A stretch of DNA of 21,709 nt from Ginkgo biloba. Taxonomy: Eukaryota; Plantae; Ginkgophyta. Location: the NCBI GenBank assembly GCA_024626585.2, contig JANKJI020000004.1, forward strand, positions 141,393,592-141,415,300, in the 5' to 3' direction. The position numbers and the translations under genes are program-made. The notes below the pieces were generated by a model. That model did no database searches, had not been told where the DNA came from, and was given only the letters and a program-made list of their open reading frames with translations. Of this stretch, positions 1 to 10,860 are shown piece after piece (the first letter of the stretch is position 1; each line of letters begins with the position of its first letter).

Positions 1-1017
1 TTCTTCTTAATATCTCCCTATCAACTTTAGTAAAGGCCCTAAGATGTCAATTTCCTCATAAATAGAATAAATATTGGATTCCACTAAGCTCTTTAACTAC
101 TTTCTTCCCTTTGTAAGCCTCAAATCCCATAATTTAACCTTCTCTTTAATGAAGATGATTTTGAAAAAAAAAACTAAACATATCTATAAAAAAAGTAGGT
201 TCTCCTACCCTCCACCATCTACTGACATTTGACTTAAAGTCTTCCTCCAGAATTAGTGAAGGGTTGAATTTATTTGTCACTTTTTGAGGCTTGGGAAAGG
301 AAGAAAACTCAACACTTATTGGTCTATGATCCAATATACCAGATGAGATAATTTTATCTTTAAAACCCCGGTATGTCAAGATGAAACTATAAGTCACCAT
401 AAATCTATCCAAACATTCAACCACATACATTACACCAAGTCTTCTATTTGACCATGTGAAGAAATAAGATCTTGAATTGGCATTAATCAACATAAAATCC
501 TTCATCCCTACATCCCTATGACATAAAAGTCTAAGGCCAGGGAGGCTTGACAATAATTTCCTCTTTTCTCCTCCCTAAAAAAGGTCAAATTAATATCTCC
601 TACCACTATCTAATTAATTGGTCCCAAATCCATGGTTCTTTATAAGAGTTGTCTCTAAATAGATTCTTTCTCTTTGAATAAGATTGGCCCATAGATAATG
701 GAAATCCAAAAATCCCTGTCATCCACCAAGTTTAGCATCCTTATGATGATAAAATACCTATTCTTGTTAATTACATCACCCTTGAAATCCCTAGATTTTG
801 AAAGAATAAAAATACCTCTAGTCGAGCCATCTTAACCAAACACTTGAGCTTCAAATATTGAAAAATTAGACCTAACAAAATCACCCATAAATATCAAAAT
901 TAGTTTAGTTTCCTAAAGAAAAATGATATTCATGTTTTAAAACATTACTAGACTTTTTAAGTCTCTTCTCTTTAGGGGAGAACCTAAACCCCTCATATTC
1001 CATTAAATAACCTTCAA
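1..1017 (-). mobile_element. Degenerate L1-type LINE ORF2, N-terminal APE endonuclease plus start of linker (truncated at window edge)
   Basis: Manual minus-strand translation from 1017 gives, in canonical order: LKVI*WNMRGLGSPLKR (cf. MKIxSWNVRGLG), IIFL*ETK (LQETK), DGSTRGI (GxSGGI), IIYGP, VVGDIN...EEKRG (GDFN). After a frameshift, ORF 146-553 gives FFTWSNRR, LDRF, LDHRPI (SDHxPI) and KFNP...FKSNVSRWW. Multiple stops are present. Confidence 0.93.
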
Positions 1018-2100
1018 CCCTCCATAAAATTATCCTCCGACCTAGATTTGAATTTGTCTAATATTTTCCCTTGAATGCCTTCCTCTATTCCCTAATTAAT
1101 CTCTGACTCCCTCTTCTACTTTGAAGAAGATCTACTTGGTTTTTTCTAAATAAATTTATTGATGTCCAAAGTGATTGGTTTTGGTTTAATATTCTCAGGA
1201 TCCTTATTTAGTTTATGGTTCCTTGATCTTATGAGAATCCCTTAGCATGAGGGAGATTTAGAGTTCACTACCATATTCCCCCCCCTCTCTAAGATACTAG
1301 AATGGATCACTTTAACACATACCATTTCCTTTGATCCATCCCAAACCTAAAAATAATGATTTATAGGCTATATTATTTTCTTACCCCTACCTAGGCTTAC
1401 TAAGATAATAATTAAGCTCAATATTTGAAGAGAAAAGTTGGATTTTTATAATAGCTTTAGTGCCTTCTACAGTTTCATCTTCCTATTAAACCCCCAAGGT
1501 TAGAAAGGCTTCACCCTTAGAAAGGAAACTCTGAGGCCTATATTAATAATGTCTTTATGTGAGTGATGGCTTAGATTCCTTATTTTCCTTAGTTGTGATC
1601 AAGTTACCTAAAAATAGAGCATCCACCCTCTCACTTACTACCATATAATCATTCAGACTTTCTATCAAAAACTTTAACTTTGAACAAATGGAAGGGAGGC
1701 ACTGAGAGGTGAAAGGATTTCCTTATGGTGTTAGAATGTCTCTATAAAATTATGATTCCTCTAATAAGGTATAAATGGGTGAGAAATAACCTAGAGATTC
1801 ATTTATCTTAACCACTTTAGGAAGGACCTTTATAGTACTTGGAGGTGATCCCAAGCCACCTATACTAATTGAAGAAGTAGAAGTTGAAAATATGTTCTTA
1901 CCTAGACCCCTGATCACCATGCCATGGATTCTTGAGGAAGATTTATTCTCAATAGGACCCAAGTAAGAACCCAACACTAAAATGAAATCATTCTCCACCC
2001 TATTTGAGTTTTCCAAACCCAAACTATCGACCTCCATGCTTGAGTGAAACGATTTCATTTGTGCCCTCTATAGATGGCATGCAAAGTGGTCTTGAAACTA
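1014..2100 (-). mobile_element. Degenerate LINE ORF1 (3' portion) of the same element
   Basis: Lies directly upstream of ORF2. The C-terminus reads PSRSSK*KRESEIN*GIEEGIQGKILDKFKSRSEDNFMEG*, with its TGA (1016-1014) overlapping the ORF2 start codon position. Weak ORF1-like traces occur further up (VWVW, LGSYLG, LPSICSK). The 5' boundary is uncertain. Confidence 0.6.
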
Positions 2101-2779
2101 CCCACCATATCAACTACTATTAATTGTCATTTGAGAATTAATTGAAGGAGTCCACCTAAGATTTATTTATAAGGAACATGAATATACTGTGTGGCTCATT
2201 ATCAATATGTTTGTTGTTTTGAGAAAAGTAACAAACCATTTTAAGTTTTCCCAGGACACCCCTTTAAGCCTTAACATAGAAAGTAAATAATATATACAAT
2301 ATAGGCAAATGTTTTAGGAAAATAANNNNNNNNNNNNNNNNNNNNNNNNNNNNNNNNNNNNNNNNNNNNNNNNNNNNNNNNNNNNNNNNNNNNNNNNNNN
2401 NNNNNNNNNNNNNNNNNNNNNNNNNTTAAAGTTTCTCTCCAAGGATAACAGTCTAAATCCGTGGGCAATCTTCGTGTGAAAGTATTGGGAGAATACCTGT
2501 ATTAGAAAGAAACCATATTCTAGGATCCTTTCATTTTGAGAAGTTATTTCCTACTTACTATTGGTAAATCTTGAGGCATTAGTGTATTCATAAGTTTTGG
2601 TGTTATACTTGCCTTACCCTATTATCTTTGAGACACTTTACAAGGGCATGAAATTGATCCAAAAGAAGAAGCTAGGTAAATAAAGAGGGATATCATTATC
2701 CAAAATATCTACCAAGGATGAGAAGGGATAGAAGTCCAAAGTAAGTCTAATGGATTCATCATAAATAAAATTATCCATG

Positions 2780-3260
2780 AAGGAGCTAAGTGAGTGACCA
2801 TAACCTATTTATTTTTATATCATATAGTATCTCCTTTAATTATAGAATAGTCACCCTTTAGGCTTCCTAGTAAGCTACGTAAATATGTGTCTCACTAAAG
2901 TTTTAAAATCTCTTATCTTGGCTAAAATATGCTCCCTAACTCACTAAGTGAGGGAAAATGCACTTAGGAAGGAAAAACATTAAGGGAGGAAGTGACCTCT
3001 ATGGAACCAAAAACATCATACATGGTCATGTAATAAGGGAAAAGTAGGTCACTCACTTGTCCTAAATGAAAAATGCTCCTTTACCCCCTAAGGGAGAATA
3101 AGGGGACCCATGAGAGATAAGTTAATCCTAGTATCTTTTTATGGTCCTGATGTAATAAGGGAGGATAAATGATTAAGGAAAGTATAAATTCCTTGAGGGG
3201 CCAATGGTGCCACTAAAATATATTTCAAACATGTGCACTAAGGAGAAGTAAGTGATATAG
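2780..3260. repeat. Cluster of short CACTAAGTGAG / AAGTGAGTGACC motifs in both orientations, probably LTR-retrotransposon non-coding DNA
   Basis: AAGTGAGTGACC (2788-2799) is the exact reverse complement of GGTCACTCACTT (3047-3058). TCACTAAGTGAG is at 2941-2952. Further CACTAA/CACTTA copies occur at ~2894, 2961, 3211 and 3236. ATGTAATAAGGGA occurs at ~3028 and ~3150. Confidence 0.4.
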
Positions 3261-3294
3261 TGGCCTGATGTTATCCCATAGTAACCCAAGTGAA

Positions 3295-3782
3295 TGTGAC
3301 ATCCAAGAATTTTAAACCACCTGCACTAGACACAATAGGGAGAGAGAATCATGTAAACACTAATACATATTCTCACACATATCCCACGACACTTAGAGAA
3401 TAGAAAATATTATGTGAATAAAGGCCACAAAAGTTATAATACATCAAATATAATATTACATTTAGTGATACCCAAAAAACATTCTACAGGCTACCTCACA
3501 TTATGTATTGACCTGGAATCTTTCTTATCTATCCCATTTTGATCTACCTTAACCTTTTATGTATCTACTCAATCTCTTTAGATATATGTCTCCTCCATCT
3601 TCTACTTCCTCTCTCCTCTCACTCTACTACTCCTTTATCTTCTCCTCTTTTGTTCCCTTTTCCATAATCTCTGTCGCACTCCCCTTCTGACTAAACTATC
3701 TTTTATGATCACTAATGTGCCATCTTGTAGGAGGGAACTATCATTGGGTCCTATGAGGTATAATCTTACACAAGGAGTTACA
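3295..3782 (-). mobile_element. Candidate LTR (~490 bp; solo or terminal)
   Basis: Begins TGTGACATCC and ends GGAGTTACA (reverse complement TGTAACTCC), i.e. TG...CA with imperfect terminal inverted repeats. It is non-coding with a CT-rich tract at ~3585-3665. The right flank is a gap, so TSD/PBS/PPT cannot be checked. Strand is a guess. Confidence 0.4.
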
Positions 3783-3883
3783 ANNNNNNNNNNNNNNNNN
3801 NNNNNNNNNNNNNNNNNNNNNNNNNNNNNNNNNNNNNNNNNNNNNNNNNNNNNNNNNNNNNNNNNNNNNNNNNNNNNNNNNNN

Positions 3884-5150
3884 TAGGCCACTCATCCACC
3901 TTCACTAAGTGACTCATTAGAACCTACTCAACTAAGCACTGATAAGAGGACAACTAGCATAGATTTGATAGAAGAGGATATTCCTCAAGGGGAGTCCATT
4001 TTGAATCCTTGGTTGGTTGATTTAATGAACCAATGAAAGGGACCTGGTGAAGCGGGTATGTTCACTATGTTGGATTTTAGTAAGAAGCATGCATCATTCA
4101 TTATGGAATCTAANNNNNNNNNNNNNNNNNNNNNNNGTATGCGATACTAAGGGATTTTAAAGTGAAAGTGAAGGTGGCCCCAAAAGATGTGGTCGTGTAG
4201 GAAATGAAGATAGGTATCAAGCAATTAACACCTCAAGAGGTTGTGGATTTTAAAAAAGTCTCATTTGAGGCTTTATAGTTGAAAGTTGAAGAATTGTCAG
4301 TGAACAACATTTAATTAAAAGAGTAGAATGCAATTTTGGAAGAAAAAGCTNNNNNNNNNNNNNNNNNNNNNNNNNNNNNNNACAACCTGTTCAACCCATC
4401 ATGCCATCGACTAATATAGAATTAGAGAAGAAAGATCACAGTTATGGGAATTGGTTAATAGGGTTAAGGCCCTGATCAAGAATACCTCTGCATGCCTTGA
4501 AGTTTACCCTAAGGCTATGAAGAAATTGGAGGATTTCATGAAAAGTAAATTCGTCGAGTTTAACAAGTTCACAGATAAGGAAAATGGAGGAAAATGGGTG
4601 GTGGATATTAATGAGATCAGTGATTATTTCACCCTTAAGAAAGAGTTGAACAAGGAGGCATGTGACAAATTTACATCCATGAAGCATAATTTATAAGTAA
4701 GAAAGCCACCCTAGAAATGGTCATGATGAAAAACTTTATTCCATCCCTTTGGTAAGAAGGCTAGTTGGCATTGAAGGGTGACCACATGGTTTTACTTCAT
4801 TCTGAAGAAATTAAGATTACACAACCACTATAGAATGGGAAAACTTCTAATCCAAATCAATTGAATAAGTCACTAAAGGATAGGTGCAAGAAGAATAAAG
4901 AGGTTGAGCTCATTTTGAGGCAAGAGAGGAAAGATGTGGCCTTAATGGAAAGAGATTTTAAAAAATATTTATTTGAAGAATTAATATTTTATTACTATAA
5001 AAATAAGGGACATTCAGGACATGTTATAGTGATTTAAAGAATTGGATGCTAAGAAGGTAGAGGAAGTTACTACAAAATCATAAGGTAGTTAGTCATTGAA
5101 ATTTATGATATGTTCCAACCATTTTAATCGTTATAATGAAATAAGGAGGT
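3884..5150 (+). pseudogene. Decayed long K/E-rich coiled-coil ORF, probably a retrotransposon accessory ORF
   Basis: Protein-like reading through stops that revert to Gln by one C>T: KVKVAPKDVVV*EMKIGIKQLTPQEVVDFKKVSFEAL*LKVEELSVNNI*LKE*NAILEEK (4160-4350). It continues as ORF 4451-4696 and then ...LNKSLKDRCKKNKEVELILRQERKDVALMERDFKKYLFEEL (~4860-4985). No core gag/pol motif was recognised. Confidence 0.5.
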
Positions 5151-5710
5151 CTGCATAAAAGAAGAGGGAGACAAAGGAAAAGGGTTCCATAATTTCTAAC
5201 ACCCAATGAGGAAATCTTAGCCTTGTATTTTTTTTTTATTCCCTATGTCTTCTTTCCCCTTTGTGTATCTACAATAGTGGTGTCATCATCTTGCAAATTG
5301 CTAAATCAANNNNNNNNNNNNNNNNNNNNNNNNNNNNNNNNNNNNNNNNNNNNNNNNNNNNNNNNNNNNNNNNNNNNNNNNNNNNNNNNNNNNNNNNNNN
5401 NNNNNNNNNACTCCTATGTTAATATTGAGAGAGATGCTTTCCTAGGGATAGAGTGAGGAGGCACAAGATGCATTTGTAGCATCTAGTATTGATGATTTAG
5501 GTACTATAGGGGCATATATAGTGGTGGGACCAAATACACATGATAGGACATAGGGGACCAAAGTACATCTCCCAATAAATTTAGAGGGTGTTGAGGCTAG
5601 AGTTGATGATCCATTAAACATTTTATAAGTTGCACCTATAGAGCTAGTCCCTAATGATAAAATATTTCAGTAGTGATCTAGATCTATAGGATACCCATAA
5701 TTTTATATTG

Positions 5711-5774
5711 ATCATTGGGGATTAGTGATGACCCATAGCTCTAGATGTAATATTTAATCATTGGGGATTAGTGA
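5711..5774. repeat. 18-bp direct repeat
   Basis: ATCATTGGGGATTAGTGA is identical at 5711-5728 and 5757-5774 (period 46). Confidence 0.85.
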
Positions 5775-6284
5775 CGCACAATTTTATCTTAATGTCACTA
5801 ACTTCATTGCATAACTATAGAGTTTCACTGACCATGTTGATTATATGGATGACTTCTTATGCCATTTTAAAACTAATATTCATGATGGAACTGGACTCAC
5901 CTTTGATCAGGTTGATGCACTCATGATATATAAGATGATTATAGGTATTTTTTAGTATTTAGAGGACCATCCAAATCATTGAGGGGAAATTTTATATATC
6001 TGGTATGTAGGGTTTTGATTTATCCTATATTATTTTGAACTTATCATGGGAACCCCTATAACCTATAAATTCTTACATATTGTGTTCAACATCTATATGT
6101 ATATTCCATCTTACGATGGAATATAAATTTCAATATTTATCGACCTTATCATAGACATAAAGGGGAGAGACTACATGATTACTTAAAGAGTCGATGTAGG
6201 TAGAGAGGACTAACACCATTAATGCTACCACCTAATACTAAAGTAATATTAGATGATTTTATATGAAACGAAATCCCTCATGTA

Positions 6285-6813
6285 GTGCAGGATTCAAAGC
6301 ACTTGATAGAAGACATAATAAAATATAATTTAGACATAGTTTCTAGGATTTTACCTTCTTTGATTGTAGCACTAATTATGGATGACCCATCACAAACTAG
6401 TCTGTCTCAAGTATCTCAGGTGATAGAGGAGAGAGATGTCATTTTTTCTCAGATATATATGATTTTTAAGGAGAAACATACTACCATTATAAAGAGGGAT
6501 GTAACTAGAGAAGATATCAATACTCTCAAAGTTGAGATAAAGGAAGTGATTATGGTGAGAGGTACTAAGAGAGAGAGATACAATAATTATAGAGAGAGGT
6601 AACCATTGTGGTGACAGAGGAATCCATTATAGAAAGAGAGATATCCATTGTGGAAATATATTATTCCATTATGGTAAGAGAGATAGTGATTATGGCAAGA
6701 GATGATACCATTACTACAAGAGATACTACTATAGTCGCGAGAGATATTACTATAATAGAGAGGGATGTAAAAATGACATAGAGGGATGATATGATCCATA
6801 CTATCGCTAATTA
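6285..6813 (+). pseudogene. Decayed ORF with heptad coiled-coil (alanine-zipper-like) repeat, probably TE-borne
   Basis: ORF 6285-6602 (…VIEERDV IFSQIYM IFKEKHT TIIKRDV…) continues after a frameshift as REVTIVV TEESIIE REISIVE IYYSIMV REIVIMA RDDTITT RDTTIVA RDITIIE RDVKMT* RDDMIHT. Confidence 0.5.
6572..6802 (+). repeat. Degenerate 21-bp tandem repeat, about 11 units
   Basis: Units start at 6572, 6593, 6614, 6635, 6656, 6677, 6698, 6719, 6740, 6761 and 6782. Approximate consensus is AGAGA(T/G)NNN(A/T)CCATTRTRGNR. Confidence 0.8.
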
Positions 6814-7450
6814 TTAAGAATAATATCTTCTTGTAGGGTATTATTATTATGTATTGGGTAGACATATAGTGATACATGAGTCATACATATTTCCTATTGG
6901 TCACCTACCCATCATCCTTTCTTCCATTCTTTTAGAAGCGATTAGAGATGTCAGACATTTATAACTTCTCCATCAATTTTTGAATGAACTATTTATGGGT
7001 GCATAAATTAACTAAAATCTAATAAGATCATGGACCTAAAGAATATATACACCTTCATTAGGATTAATTTTAGATCTACTTTATTATGTATTCAAAAAAT
7101 TAGAGTTCAGGGAACTAGCTCACTAACTTATGAGGAGAAGTCTATGTTCTTGAGTCCTACAAATCCAATAAGATATAAACAAAAGATAAACAGGGATTGG
7201 GTCACATCAGTGTATGTTTCTCATTCTCAATTAAGGTTTTCTTGAATTCCCAACTTGATGAAGATACACAATAGCATAAGATTGGAGGTCACTCTAACCA
7301 ATCATACAATTATATATCTTAGTATGTTAGAGAGAGTACCACCTCACATCNNNNNNNNNNNNNNNNNNNNNNNNNNNNNNNNNNNNNNNNNNNNNNNNNN
7401 NNNNNNNNNNNNNNNNNNNNNNNNNNNNNNNNNNNNNNNNNNNNNNNNNN

Positions 7451-8879
7451 TTTTTACCATTCTTATGCCTCCTCCTTCCATTTATCATCCCTTCCAAAGA
7501 GAAAATTCTTTGTTGGTGTCTACTTCTAAGTGCCAAAATATCATGTTCATAAATAATCCATTACCTATACCTTCTTCACATGCCATACTTCATCCAATTC
7601 ATACACTACAAATGGAAGTGACTCCATGGTTAACTATTGGACCTATTAATATAGTAGGAAATCTTAATCCTTTATCTACTAGAGCTAAGGATTACTTGCA
7701 AAAGTTTAAAGGATATGCAATGGTAACAACTGAAGAACATTTGGAATATTTTTGCAGGGCTTGTACTGTATTAATAGTGGTTGCAAAGAATATTGATGTC
7801 CCATTGTTCGTGCAAACTCTTGAAGAAGAAGCTTTACTATGGTTTAATTCATTGCCTATGAATTCCATGATAAGTTAGGTTAAGTTGATCACCCAATTAA
7901 ATGCCAGGTATAGTACTCCTATAAATAATCATGCATTGTTCAAATATTTGACCAAAATTTCTAAGAAAGAAGATGAATCTTTTAAGTATTTCAATCTTAG
8001 GTTCAGATGGACAAAAACCAAGATTTGAGTTTCCTTAAGGCCACTAGAAGAAATATTTTTTTATTTTTATATGCAGTCACTAGATCTAAAAATGACGTAT
8101 ATCCTTAGAGATAAGGGAATCAATAATTTTTCTAATACAATGGACACTACTAGGAGAATAAAGAACAATCTGATCGAATTGGGTAAGAAGGAGCATCTTC
8201 CATAGGCACTAGTGAAAATAAAAAAGAATAGTTCACATCCTATCTTAGAGACACCAGATACATTGATACTACTTTATACTCTTATCAAGGAAGTGACTTA
8301 TTTGAAGAGATAAGTGGGTGAAAATAAAAGACTAGTTTTTTAACCAAATCATAATTGGTTTCAAATGCCTGTTCAACAAATAGGACTATAATTGATAGTT
8401 CCTCCTACCAACATGAACATTGTTATTATAGATTCTATCAAGAAGATCATCTTAAGGAAATGTGCCTCAATTTCTTATGATTTAATGATCTCACTTTCTA
8501 GTAAATTAAATGAGCTAAACTAAGCACTTCAGATGCTAATACCATATCAGTAGCCAGTTAGAGTCAATCCAANNNNNNNNNNNNNNNNNNNNNNNNNNNN
8601 NNNNNNNNNNNNNNNNNNNNNNNNNNNNNNNNNNNNNNNNNNNNNNNNNNNNNNNNNNNNNNNNGATAAGAGCAAGACCTAGCAATCTCAAGATAAAAGT
8701 GGAACCCAATCAGATCAAGATGAAGGTATGCCTCCTCTACTTCTAGTTCTTAGGTGACTAATTAGGATATACCTTTCCACCATAGACCATATTAGTTCAG
8801 GAGATTTGAGAGTACTACTTCATTATAGTATAATATATTTAATGATCTACCAAACTATCCTACTAACATGTCATTATCA
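7451..8879 (+). mobile_element. gag: Degenerate Ty3/gypsy (non-chromovirus-like) gag region, copy 1
   Basis: From 7612: EVTPWLTIGPINIVGNLNPL..AKDYLQKFKG..TEEHLEYFCRAC..LFVQTLEEEALLWFNSLPMNSMIS*..ISKKEDESFKYFNLRF, the Retrotrans_gag pattern. A decayed Zn knuckle YRFYQEDHLKEMC lies at 8427-8465. YNIFNDLPNYPTNMSL at 8829-8876 resembles the pre-protease motif. Confidence 0.88.
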
Positions 8880-9691
8880 NNNNNNNNNNNNNNNNNNNNN
8901 NNNNNNNNNNNNNNNNNNNNNNNNNNNNNNNNNNNNNNNNNNNNNNNNNNNNNNNNNNNNNNNNNNNNNNNNNNNNNNNGAGGTTTTACCATAATTACAA
9001 TGTGTAAGATTTTCCAAAAAAGTTGCTAGGTGATTTTGTGACCACCCTGATGTTTGGTCCTAATTTTTTAAAAAATAAACAAAATTCAATAGATCAAATT
9101 AAAGGTATCTCAGATGCTGTAAAAGGAAAATATAATCTATGATATACTAACTCCATCAACTAATATGACTATATAATTCAAATGATGCATAATGTAGATC
9201 ATAGTTGGTCTCACTTGTGTGGTAAAAATGATGTGGGTAAAGAACAAGGTTTACAAACAAGTCCAAGATTAACTTGGTGTAATTCAACTATTTGAATATT
9301 TTGAGTATTAAGGCTTTCCTTTGTATATTACTCATTTCAACGCAAACTCTATGTTTAGAATGTTGGATTAGCCCCATTTTTCCCTTATTGTAATGGAAAT
9401 TTAGAATATCTTTTTAAATTCAAAATTTATGAATTTTGACATAAAATAGAATGTTATGTTGTGTTTTTAGTGTGGATTTTATGAAGTATATCATAATTCA
9501 CTAATGTAATTTAGGCATATGTATTATCTTATTTTTTTCACCCAGAGTTAACAAGTATAAGCAGTGATCAAATTTTCTAGCAGTGGTAATGATGCAAAGT
9601 AATACCCTAGATGTAACAAACATTAGAGGAGGAGAAGAGTAATGCATGAATATTGCTCACTTATGATTTTCTCCCATTGTCACGTGTTTGA

Positions 9692-9704
9692 GGCTCTGAT
9701 ACCT
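9692..9704 (-). promoter_or_regulatory. Primer-binding site complementary to tRNA-iMet (LTR retrotransposon)
   Basis: Plus-strand GGCTCTGATACCT reads AGGTATCAGAGCC on the minus strand, versus canonical TGGTATCAGAGCC (12/13 match). A 2-nt spacer follows, then TG at 9707-9708 (the LTR-terminal CA on minus). This is canonical geometry. Confidence 0.75.
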
Positions 9705-9706
9705 TT

Positions 9707-9996
9707 TGCTATGATCCTAAGTAGGAATGTCTTGCATATATGGTGTATGCCACTCTTTTAAACGGTCTTCTCCCGAAATTATACTAGAGTGGGCAAAGTT
9801 TTGAAAATAAGAACTATTATTGATATGAATAATTGTTAAACAACCTAGACCTCTCAAAGAAAACAAGGTTGTTTCTCATTGGCCATTCCCCAAGCTCTTT
9901 GAAATAAACAAAGTAACTATAAAGACTCTCAAAATACAGACTTGAATCCAAACAAAATACTGATTTCCAAGCTTAAGGAATAGCACAAAATAAAAT
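9707..9996 (-). mobile_element. 3' end of a 5' LTR (truncated by gap)
   Basis: Non-coding sequence whose minus-strand end CA lies 2 nt before the iMet PBS. Confidence 0.6.
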
Positions 9997-10200
9997 NNNN
10001 NNNNNNNNNNNNNNNNNNNNNNNNNNNNNNNNNNNNNNNNNNNNNNNNNNNNNNNNNNNNNNNNNNNNNNNNNNNNNNNNNNNNNNNNNNNNNNNNTTGT
10101 ATAGATTTTCAAATAATTTTGACTCAAGAAATCATTTTTGGATAACTAATTAACAATTAAAGATATCATCTCAAATCAATGGACAACAATTTTTATTATT

Positions 10201-10330
10201 AAAATCACATTCAAAATAACTAGGAAAATGAGCATATGACTTAGAAAATCACATTCACTAGAAAATGATCATTTCAAAATGAGTTTTCATTTTGTAATGT
10301 TTTCATTTTATAATTAATATGACTTAGAAA
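10201..10330. repeat. Short local duplications
   Basis: AAAATCACATTCA at 10201 and 10245; ATATGACTTAGAAA at 10234 and 10317; ACTAG(G)AAAATGA(G/T)CAT occurs twice. Confidence 0.7.
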
Positions 10331-10491
10331 GTTTTCTCTATCTATTGACTAAGGAAAAATTTAATTTTTCTTGTGGCCTATTCATGATTTTAAATATGAA
10401 TTGTAATGATTATTAATGTAGTGTAGTATATGTTTGTGAATGTGCACATGCACTTATTTGACAATTAAGATATGATTGTCCTTATTTTGAA

Positions 10492-10860
10492 CACTATCAT
10501 ACCCTTATGACATATAGTAAGAAGGATAAAATTATGGCATGTGGATCATAATATATGATACTATTTTCTTGAATTAGATATGTTGCATCTATTATGTTAT
10601 TATAAATAAACATAGTATGCATTCCCTATAAAGTATAGTGGCATAAAAGTATGAAATTCTTGTGGAAATTTGATTTGTTGCGAAAAAATTTAATATACCA
10701 CAAGATGAGAAATTATATGGCATATTGAAGTATGCCCCACACTACAACACACTTATGGAAAATATGTGACATACTTATGGAATAGACAAATTGGTATTAT
10801 CATCACAAATATGTCATAAATATGCAATAATTTATTGCTACATATTATAGGCTACCTATA
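10492..10860 (+). mobile_element. Probable CACTA (En/Spm) transposon terminus with CpG-decayed subterminal repeats
   Basis: CACTATCATACCCTTATG (10492) and CACTACAACACACTTATG (10740) are 14/18 identical. Each is followed by TATG(A/G/T)CAT-type motifs in both orientations, e.g. TTATGACATAT ~10505 versus its reverse complement ATATGTCATAA ~10809, plus TATGGCATA and TGTGACATA. No matching right end was seen. Confidence 0.45.

Noticed and set aside
4442-4687. Minus-strand 81-aa ORF
   Set aside because: It is antisense to the more protein-like plus-strand frame.
6572-6802. CRISPR-like array or genuine BBR/BPC gene
   Set aside because: Units are contiguous with no spacers. There is no pentacysteine DNA-binding domain, and the frame has a stop and a frameshift.
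6587-6877. Minus-strand 96-aa His/Tyr-rich ORF
   Set aside because: It is the antisense shadow of the 21-bp repeat.
10417-10423. TGTAGTG as the right TIR of the CACTA element
   Set aside because: It lies upstream of the CACTA starts (wrong order) and no TSD pairing is evident.
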